From Rhodobacter sp. (GTDB lineage Bacteria > Pseudomonadota > Alphaproteobacteria > Rhodobacterales > Rhodobacteraceae): a DNA stretch of 64,000 nucleotides. The position numbers were made by a program, and so were the translations under genes. The notes below the pieces were generated by a model that was given only the letters and a program-made list of their open reading frames with translations, did no database searches and had not been told where the DNA came from. The DNA is taken from assembly GCA_016704435.1 (NCBI GenBank), contig JADJAB010000018.1, positions 3,436 to 67,435 of the forward strand. The letters run 5' to 3'. Below are positions 9,146 through 18,875 of this stretch, piece by piece (position 1 is the stretch's first letter; each line of letters starts with the position of its first letter).

Positions 9146-9931
9146 TCACATCCCCCGCAATTCTTTGATGATTTCGGCCAGACGGGCCGCCTGCTCGGCC
9201 GCCGATCCGGTGATCAGCTCGGCCTTGCCGCGCTCGGGCGCATACATCTTGCGCACCCGCGCAACCGGGGCGATGTCGGCCGCCGACAGCCCCAGATCGT
9301 CCAGAGACAGCTCGTCCACCGGCTTTTGCTTGGCCTGCTTGATGCCGCGCAGCGAGGCATAGCGCGGCTGGTTGATGCCCAGCTGGATCGACAAAACCGC
9401 CGGGCAGCGGATCGTCATGATCTCTTCCAGCCCGCCCTCCAACTCGCGCCGCAGCGTCGCGGTCTTGGCCCCCGGCGTGTAATCAAGGTTGCACACCACC
9501 GCGGCATGCGGCCAGCCCAGCAGGCCAGCCAACGCCATGCCGGTGACCGCCGAGCCGAAATCGGCCGATTGCGCGCCGGTAAAAACCATGTCCGGCTGTT
9601 CACGTTCCACCAGCCTGGCCAGAACCCGCGCAACCGCCACGCCATCGGCTTCGGCCAGCGCATCATCCCAGACCCGGATGCCGCGGTCGGCCCCCTTGGC
9701 CAGCGCGGTGCGCAGCGCATCATCGGCATCCTCGTCGCCGACGATGGCGATCACCACCTCGGCGGCGTCGCCTGCAGCCTCCTTGATCAGCATCGCCTCT
9801 TCGACCGAAAAGTGATCGAATTCGTTGAGATCCTTCTCGAAGAAATCCGCGTCGACATCGCGCCCGTCGGCGCGCATCTCGAACTCGTCATCAAGAAAAG
9901 CGGCCTGCTTGACCGCCACCAGTATCTTCAT
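9146..9931 (-). CDS. etfB: electron transfer flavoprotein beta subunit, TMADH-type (copy 1)
   Basis: MKILVAVKQ...ALAKGADR...RRELEGG...IQLGINQPRYASLRGIKQA, matching the methylotroph ETF beta type. Confidence 0.95.
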   Translation of the reverse strand: MKILVAVKQAAFLDDEFEMRADGRDVDADFFEKDLNEFDHFSVEEAMLIKEAAGDAAEVVIAIVGDEDADDALRTALAKGADRGIRVWDDALAEADGVAVARVLARLVEREQPDMVFTGAQSADFGSAVTGMALAGLLGWPHAAVVCNLDYTPGAKTATLRRELEGGLEEIMTIRCPAVLSIQLGINQPRYASLRGIKQAKQKPVDELSLDDLGLSAADIAPVARVRKMYAPERGKAELITGSAAEQAARLAEIIKELRGM

Positions 9932-10000
9932 CTCTGCTGCTCCATTTCCAGATCCTGTATCAATGCCGAACGCGCCAGATGCGCCGCGGCCGCATGGCGG
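9928..10000 (-). pseudogene. 3' remnant of an LRV/HEAT-repeat gene
   Basis: Reads RHAAAAHLARSALIQDLEMEQQR*, compared with the LRV protein C-terminus RFAAATRLARALLTHDQEWSS* (17469-). Its stop overlaps the etfB ATG (ATGA). Confidence 0.6.
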
Positions 10001-10001
10001 T

Positions 10002-10042
10002 GCCGTGCCCGGGGGGGGTCACCCTTGCGTTCCGGGCACGGC
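10002..10042 (-). terminator. GC-rich hairpin downstream of the GcvT-like gene
   Basis: Perfect 11-bp stem GCCGTGCCCGG / CCGGGCACGGC. No U-tract. Confidence 0.5.
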
Positions 10043-10068
10043 GGGATTGGCGAGCTGACGACGCCTGC

Positions 10069-11166
10069 CTACATGCGCATGCGCTTTTTCTCTTTGTCGT
10101 AGAACGGAAGGTCTTCGACCGTGACGTCCACGGCATCCGCGGCATTGCCGAGTTTCAGCTTGGTCCCTTCGGCGATGCCCGGGCGGATGTGGACCAGCGC
10201 GAGCGACCGTCCAAGACGGTGGGAATATTCAGAGCTGGTGACCGCCCCGACTTTCTCGCCCTTCAGAAAGAGGTCCGTGCCCCCCTCGATGATGCCTTTG
10301 CTGGAGGTGCAGGAAATACCGGTCAGCCTGACCTTTTCCTTGCCTTCCTTCTTCAGCACGGCCTCCCGGCCGAGGTAGGCGGGTTTCTTGCGGGAGATCG
10401 CCCAGCCCAGCCCCATCTCCCACGGCGTGACCTTGTCGTCCATGTCGAAGGGATAGAACAGCAGCCCGGCCTCCATTCGGCCCTTGTTCAGGCAGGTGAA
10501 AGAGCAAGGAACAACGCCATCCTCTTCGCCGGCCTTGAGGATGCTGTTCCACAGACCAACCGCATCCTTGCGATCAACAAAGATCTCATAGCCGCGCTCG
10601 CCCGAATAGCCGGTACGCGACACGATCGCCTTGTGGCCAAACAGCTCGGTCTGGATCAGCCCGAAAAATTCCACAGCTGCCACGTCCGCAGGGCAGTTCG
10701 CATCAAGCAGCTTCACCGCCTTGGGGCCCTGCAGCGACAGGGTGTGCAGCTCGTCGTCCTTCTCCAGCTTGACGTTCTTGCCTTTTGCCGCAAGGGCCAG
10801 ACGCTCATCGCCAGTGCCGGTGCCGTAGACGAAGAGATACTTGTCGTCTTCGACGCGATAGATGATGACGTCGTCACAGATCGTGCCTTCGTCGGTCAGG
10901 ATCGGGCAATAGGCCGATTTGCCCTTGGTGACCTTGCTCATGTCACGGGGCGAGACCATGTCGATGACGGCCGAAGCGTCAGGCCCCTTGACCCAGATCT
11001 TCTTGAGACCGGTAAGGTCGAACAGCCCGGCCGCTTCGCGCATGGCGTCCAGTTGGTTGTCGGCTGAGTTGGTATAGCTCCACGGCACGTCCATGTCGTT
11101 CCATGGTCCAAGCCCGGCGCCCAGGCCGCGGTGAATGTCCTCGAGTGCGGATGTTCGTTTGGCCAT
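10069..11166 (-). CDS. stand-alone GcvT-like aminomethyltransferase (THF-binding)
   Basis: 365 aa with GLFDLT, EGTICDDVIIYR, SRTGYSGERGYEI, RMEAG and LPFYD C-terminal motifs. No gcvH or gcvP nearby. Confidence 0.9.
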   Translation of the reverse strand: MAKRTSALEDIHRGLGAGLGPWNDMDVPWSYTNSADNQLDAMREAAGLFDLTGLKKIWVKGPDASAVIDMVSPRDMSKVTKGKSAYCPILTDEGTICDDVIIYRVEDDKYLFVYGTGTGDERLALAAKGKNVKLEKDDELHTLSLQGPKAVKLLDANCPADVAAVEFFGLIQTELFGHKAIVSRTGYSGERGYEIFVDRKDAVGLWNSILKAGEEDGVVPCSFTCLNKGRMEAGLLFYPFDMDDKVTPWEMGLGWAISRKKPAYLGREAVLKKEGKEKVRLTGISCTSSKGIIEGGTDLFLKGEKVGAVTSSEYSHRLGRSLALVHIRPGIAEGTKLKLGNAADAVDVTVEDLPFYDKEKKRMRM

Positions 11167-11404
11167 TCCCCTGTCCTTTCAATAGTGTCTCGGGGTTGAT
11201 CGCGCAAAGCCCGCGCGCGCCCCTTTGGTTGAACGTGAGTTTCGAACCGGGCCGCGATCGTGAACCCATCGCGGGCGGATGCCGTGGCGAGCAATCTTTA
11301 CAATCCTCGCCACGGTGTTGATGCGGAGCGGCGGCTATTGACGAACCGGCCGGGCTGCTGCCCGAACCATGGCCATCAAGCGCGATCCGGATCGCCCTTC
11401 AGGC

Positions 11405-13675
<2,271 letters not shown>

Positions 13676-14602
13676 TCAGAACAAAGGAAATTGCCATTAA
13701 GCAACGACACGACCGTTCATGCTTTCGAACATGGACAGCTTATCATCAATACTGGCTAGCTTCCCCGAAACATCCATCCTTGGGGGATTGAGGCTGAACT
13801 TATCCCAACCGTCAAAGAAACCCCGCATGGAGGATTTGAGCTTTCCGACCTCCCTTAACTTGACCCTAGGTACACCAAAATCAAGTTACAACGAAAAGAT
13901 GGCCCTGCGGCACCTTGTCTCGGGTGTCATCATATTTTTAATATTATCATTACCTTAACGTCCTTTCTGTTCTGCCAGGATTGCATCCCGAAGCGCTCGC
14001 CAGATAGAGGTGACTTGCCTTGACCGCTCCTGATTCGCATTTCCGAAATCCGTCTCTTTTCCAGATACCAAAGATCACTCCAAGACCCATTCAGCGACAT
14101 CAGGCGATCAAAAGGAATCGGAATTGGCGCATGGATGCAGGCATCCACTCCGATTCCGGCCGGTCGCCTTCCGCACCGCCGCCGCTGGCTATCGTTTGCG
14201 ATACAGGATCGCGTATTGCGCCCCTGAATCTCCGACGATCTTGTCGCGACCCTGGTGGGGCCACGTTCCTTCCCATTTCCCGTCCCCAGCAGCTGATTTG
14301 GAGACCGGGTTGTCACTAGACAGTGCGATGTGTTCTGCCCATGTCCTTTTTCCCCTTGAGGGTAACAAATGGCCAGATTCCCGCACTGCCTTATGAGTCG
14401 CCCATGTTTCATAAAAGTCAACAAATTTTCACGTCGCGGGCTTGGGACGGCAGAAATATGCGAAAAGCGCCGGCTCCGGAGCAAAGATCGAGGCGGCATG
14501 GCTCTGGCCCCGGATGCTGTCCGGACAAGCAGACGGGGCGCCTGATGCAACCGACCGTCCTTCGAATACCTGGCAGCTTTCAACGAGATCATCACGCCAC
14601 TC

Positions 14603-15279
14603 TCAATCGGAAGCCACCTTCCGGGAAATACCCGCGCTTTCGCCCCGCGGGCGCCGCCGGCTGAACCTTGCGATTGAACCAAGTGCGTCCAACGCTCCAG
14701 CGGATAGGATTATCGCCGTTCCGACCAGCTTCTCGCCGCCATAAGGCTCGCCGGCCCACAACGACGCGCTGACTGAGGCTGCAATCACTTCGAACATCAA
14801 CAGAAGCGACACCCGACCCGGATCAAGGCGTTGCGCGCCCCAGACCATTGCCCAGGTGATCGGAATCAAGATGAAAAGAGCCGCAGCCGTGGCAAAGGGA
14901 ACCACCGCAAGCAGCTGGTCGGCGTCAGGTGCGGGATATACCGGATTGACCACTATGAAGATTGCCGCGATTCCTGCGCCGAAGACGAAACTCAGCCAGG
15001 TCTTCTCGACCTCGTAGCTTCCCTTGACCTTGTGGGCGAAGGTCGCACCGACCGCAAAGGTGATGCCGGAGCCAAGCCCCATCCACTCGCCCAGCCCGGC
15101 GGCGCGAGGCAGATTGCTGCAATGCAGAGCACCACGACGCTTGCCCAGTCGCCGCGAAATCCGAACGCATCGATCGTCCGCAGCGGAATCCACCAGCAGC
15201 CCCAGGCGGCTGCCGACGCGACCACGACCGCTGACGCATGCAGGTTCGACGATGGGCTGGTCATCAGTTGCGCAGTCAT
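14603..15279 (-). pseudogene. DMT/EamA-family transporter, frameshifted and apparently internally shortened
   Basis: The N-part (VVVASAAAWGCWWIPLR) and C-part (WGAQRLDPGRVSLLLMFEVIAASVSA..LWAGE) are in different frames. Together they give ~225 aa against ~300 expected. Confidence 0.7.
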
Positions 15280-15282
15280 GGT

Positions 15283-15657
15283 TCACCGTCGCTGGTGTTC
15301 GTGGTGCAGAATGGACCGCGTGCCGGCCGAACGACGCCCGGCGCGGAATGGCCCCCCGGCCACGGGCAAGGGCGTTTTCCAATCGAAGATCGGCATTTTA
15401 TGGGCTGTGACATCCACCAACTGCGTGTCGCCCTTCAGCACCGTCGTGATCTTCTTGACCACTGCCAGCGCGTCGGGTCCCTTGATCCAGACGGTCTTGA
15501 ACCCGAGAGGGCGGGGAGGCCGGCGGCCCGGCGGCCGGGGCCGGGCCCCCCCGCCGCGGGGCGGGGAGCCCGGGGCCCGGGCCGGGCGGCGCCCCGGTCC
15601 GGGGGGGGCGCCGAATGCGCGGTGTTCGGTCTCAAGTTCGGATACACCTTTGCCCAT
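15283..15657 (-). pseudogene. second GcvT-like gene with a corrupted GC-only tract and a large internal deletion
   Basis: MGKGVSELETEHRAFGA and GFKTVWIKGPDA align to the N-terminus of the 10069-11166 protein. VDVTAHKMPIFD aligns to its C-terminus (VDVTVEDLPFYD). The middle ~250 aa are missing. Confidence 0.72.
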
Positions 15658-15684
15658 CTCACCGTCCCTTCTGTCGGGATTGAT

Positions 15685-15716
15685 GGGAGGCCTGCATTTT
15701 GACCATGCGGCCTCCC
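15685..15716 (-). terminator. hairpin downstream of etfA copy 2
   Basis: Identical to 8147-8178. Confidence 0.55.
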
Positions 15717-15726
15717 TCGGTTGGTT

Positions 15727-16680
15727 TCAGAAGTGGTTTTGGAGTTCTTCGGCGATTTCGAACATGTCGCCGACGATGCCGTAGCGGGCGATGCTGAAGA
15801 TCGAGGCCTCGGGGTCGGTGTTCACCGCCACGATGTTCTCGACATGCTTCATGCCCCATTGATGCTGGACCGAGCGCGAGACGCCCATCGCGATGTAAAG
15901 CTTGCAATTGGCCGCAAGCTGACCCGACTGGCCGACCTGGCGCGCCTTGGGCAGCCAGCCGTTGTCGGCGATGGGGCGCGAGCAGCCAAGCGTGGCGCCC
16001 ATGCCGCCGGCCAGTTCCAGGAACTGCTCGACATTGCTCTCATCGCCAACGCCGCGCCCGATCGACAGGATGAATTCCGAGCCGGGAATGTCGATGCCGC
16101 CGGCATCGGCGGGCGGCTTCCAGCCCTCATGCGTGGTGGCGATATCGGCGGCAGGGGCTGCCATCGCGGTCACCTTGGGCGCGCCCGAGCCGGCGGCCGG
16201 CTCGAACACGTTGGTGCGGATGGTCAGGAGCACGGTGGCCTTGCCGGGAAAGTCGAGGTCGACCAGCACCTTCTCGGCATAGCCGGCACGGGTGGCGACC
16301 AGCGCGCCGTCCTCAAGCCGCAGCGCCTGCACGTCGGTGGCCAGGCCACAGCCCAGTTTCACCGCGGCGGCCGGCGCGAACGACCAGGCATCGACGCCGT
16401 GCGCGGTGGCGATCAGCGCGGGCTTGCGCGCCGCGACCAGGGCGGTGATCACCGCCTCGGTCAGGTCGGGCTGGAAGTCGTCGCTCGCCTTGATGGCGAT
16501 CACCTCGTCCACCCCCTCGACCGAGAGCGCGCCGACAAGCGCCTGCGGATCGGCGGCGATCAGGACAACCGCCAGCGTGTCGCCCGCCTGCTTGACGCCG
16601 CGTGCGGCGGCGATGGCCTCCAGCGACGACGGGCGCAGCTCGCCCTCGCGCTGCCCGGCAATGACAAGAAGTTCGGCCAT
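15727..16680 (-). CDS. etfA: ETF alpha subunit (copy 2); G-to-R change in the FAD motif
   Basis: Near-identical paralog of 8189-9142. GVSRSVQH instead of GVSGSVQH, from a single base at 15876. Confidence 0.92.
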   Translation of the reverse strand: MAELLVIAGQREGELRPSSLEAIAAARGVKQAGDTLAVVLIAADPQALVGALSVEGVDEVIAIKASDDFQPDLTEAVITALVAARKPALIATAHGVDAWSFAPAAAVKLGCGLATDVQALRLEDGALVATRAGYAEKVLVDLDFPGKATVLLTIRTNVFEPAAGSGAPKVTAMAAPAADIATTHEGWKPPADAGGIDIPGSEFILSIGRGVGDESNVEQFLELAGGMGATLGCSRPIADNGWLPKARQVGQSGQLAANCKLYIAMGVSRSVQHQWGMKHVENIVAVNTDPEASIFSIARYGIVGDMFEIAEELQNHF

Positions 16681-16682
16681 GG

Positions 16683-17467
16683 TCACATTCCCCGCAATTC
16701 TTTGATGATTTCGGCCAGACGCGCCGCCTGTTCGGCCGCCGATCCGGTGATCAGCTCGGCCTTGCCGCGCTCGGGCGCATACATCTTGCGCACCCGCGCA
16801 ACCGGGGCGACGTCGGCCGCCGACAGTCCCAGATCGTCCAGCGACAGCTCGTCCACCGGCTTTTGCTTGGCCTGCTTGATGCCGCGCAGCGAGGCATAGC
16901 GCGGCTGGTTGATGCCAAGCTGGATCGACAAAACCGCCGGGCAGCGGATCGTCATGATCTCTTCCAGCCCGCCCTCCAGCTCGCGCCGCAGCGTCGCGGT
17001 CTTGGCCCCGGCGTGTAATCAAGGTTGCACACCACCGCGGCATGCGGCCAGCCCAGCAGTCCGGCCAGCGCCATGCCGGTGACCGCCGAGCCGAAATCGG
17101 CCGATTGCGCGCCGGTGAAGACCATGTCGGGCTGTTCACGCTCCACCAGCTTGGCCAGAACCCGCGCAACCGCCACGCCATCGGCTTCGGCCAGCGCATC
17201 ATCCCAGACCCGGATGCCGCGGTCGGCCCCCTTGGCCAGCGCGGTGCGCAGCGCATCATCGGCATCCTCGTCGCCGACGATGGCGATCACCACCTCGGCC
17301 GCGTCGCCCGCCGCCTCCTTGATCAGCATCGCCTCTTCGACCGAGAAGTGGTCGAATTCGTTGAGATCCTTCTCGAAGAAATCCGCGTCAACGTCGCGAC
17401 CGTCGTCGCGCATCTCGAATTCGTCATCAAGAAAGGCGACCTGCTTGACCGCCACCAGTATCTTCAT
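16683..17467 (-). CDS. etfB: ETF beta subunit (copy 2), one frameshift in a C-run
   Basis: Paralog of 9146-9931. It has 4 C at 17006-17009 where copy 1 has 5 C (9469-9473). Confidence 0.88.
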
Positions 17468-17468
17468 C

Positions 17469-18875
17469 TCAGCTGCTCCATTCCTGGTCATGTGTCAGTA
17501 AGGCGCGCGCAAGCCGTGTTGCGGCGGCAAAGCGCACCTGCGGCTCGGGATCGTCCAGCAGACGCTCCACCAACGGCAGCGCCAGGCCGCGATGCCCCGC
17601 GAGGATCGCGCGGTTCAACGGATACGGATCCTCGGCCAGATGCCCGAGAACGCCCGGCGGCGCGGCGCGGTTGAAGGCGACAGAGCGGCGCACATCCTTG
17701 TCCGGATGGCGGGCGATCACGTCCAGTTGTGCTGCGGGGGTGCGCGGATTGCGCCCCAGCGCGCCCAGCACGTCGCGATCTTCATCACCCGTCAGACGGG
17801 CGATGGCCGTGTCGGGTGCATCTTCACGCAGGGCCACTCCGGCGCGCACCCAGGGCTGCGGATCGGTGGCAAGCGCCACCAGCAGATCCGGCGGGCAAGC
17901 CGGATTGCGGGCCACGCTGCGCCGCACCTCCGTCTCTGGATCGGCCGCCAGCTGGCCTAGCAGGGCGCGCGGCAGGTCGGGATTGCGGGCGATCCAGCGC
18001 CGCACCCAGACATCCGGGTCGGTCGTCAGCCGTTCCATCAGAGACGACGAAAGCCGACTGCGCCTGGCAAACAGACGACGGACCCTGGCTGAAGGGTCGC
18101 CGGCCTCGTCGAGACAGTCGCCCGAGACGGCCGGATTGCGGACCGCCGCCGCACGCACTCGCTCATCTGGGTCGGCCAGCAGGTTCAGAAGCGCCGCCTC
18201 AGCGATGGCGGGGTTTGCGGCGCGTTTGCGGCGGATCAGCGGATCGGTCGCCGCCTCGGCCTCGGCAAGGATGTCGGGCGGGCAATTCGGGTGCGCCGCC
18301 ACCTCGGCGCGCACCCAGACATCGTCCGCGTTCCAAAGGTGGCGCAGGGTCGGCGCATTGGCCTGCGGTGCTGCGGCGGCGTTGCGCGCAATCTGGGCGT
18401 CATCTTCTGCCGCCAGCCGCGCGATCACCGCAGCGGGCGCATGGGCATTGCCCGAGACCGTGCGGCGCACCTCGACCGATCCGTCCTTTGCCAGCCGCGA
18501 CAGGATCGCGGCATCCGCCTGCGGATGGGCGGCGATGTAGCGGCGCAGGCGGTCATCCGGGCCGCCGCGCAGCAGACGGCCAAGGGCGGTGGTCGGTGTG
18601 GCCGGGTTCTTCACCAGCCGCAGCGCCAGCGGTGCCGAGGCCCCGCGCGACAGCCGGTCGAGCAGATCGGGCGGCGCATAGGGGGCAGAGGCCACGATCA
18701 GCCGCAGGCGCGGGGTTGCCAGGATGACCGGTTCCAGTTCCGACCGTGCCATGGCCCCGGCATGGGCATAGGCCCCAAGCGCCGCGTAGGGATCGCCGGC
18801 CTTCACGAGCCGGTCGATCAACGCGCTGGCGGCAGTCTCAGGCTCCATTTGCCGGTTTTCCGCCAAGCAGTTCAT
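17469..18875 (-). CDS. LRV/HEAT-like repeat solenoid protein (468 aa)
   Basis: About 16 repeats of ~24 aa, consensus VRxxVARNPxxPxxLLxxLAxDPD. ATGA overlap with the upstream Fe-S gene and a 1-nt gap to etfB. Confidence 0.85.
   Translation of the reverse strand: MNCLAENRQMEPETAASALIDRLVKAGDPYAALGAYAHAGAMARSELEPVILATPRLRLIVASAPYAPPDLLDRLSRGASAPLALRLVKNPATPTTALGRLLRGGPDDRLRRYIAAHPQADAAILSRLAKDGSVEVRRTVSGNAHAPAAVIARLAAEDDAQIARNAAAAPQANAPTLRHLWNADDVWVRAEVAAHPNCPPDILAEAEAATDPLIRRKRAANPAIAEAALLNLLADPDERVRAAAVRNPAVSGDCLDEAGDPSARVRRLFARRSRLSSSLMERLTTDPDVWVRRWIARNPDLPRALLGQLAADPETEVRRSVARNPACPPDLLVALATDPQPWVRAGVALREDAPDTAIARLTGDEDRDVLGALGRNPRTPAAQLDVIARHPDKDVRRSVAFNRAAPPGVLGHLAEDPYPLNRAILAGHRGLALPLVERLLDDPEPQVRFAAATRLARALLTHDQEWSS

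Noticed and set aside
8147-9945. etfBA duplication as a pure assembly artefact
   Set aside because: The copies differ at many scattered positions, including amino-acid changes, and have different flanks.
10069-11166. Calling this gene gcvT of the glycine cleavage system
   Set aside because: No gcvH or gcvP, and the context is methylamine dehydrogenases, so it is left as GcvT-like.
11167-11404. Glycine riboswitch upstream of the GcvT-like gene
   Set aside because: The GGAGA...CCGAAG...CTCTCAGG core is absent on the minus strand.
13719-13958. 79-aa plus-strand ORF in the dmd upstream region
   Set aside because: No motif, atypical codon use, and it overlaps a likely promoter region.
14174-14190. 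Sigma-54 promoter TGGCTATCGTTTGC
   Set aside because: GG-to-GC spacing is 9 nt rather than 10, and it is on the wrong strand for dmd.
15727-17265. Apparent 512-aa EtfB-EtfA fusion ORF
   Set aside because: Created by the 1-base indel in etfB copy 2. The N-terminal part is out-of-frame sequence.
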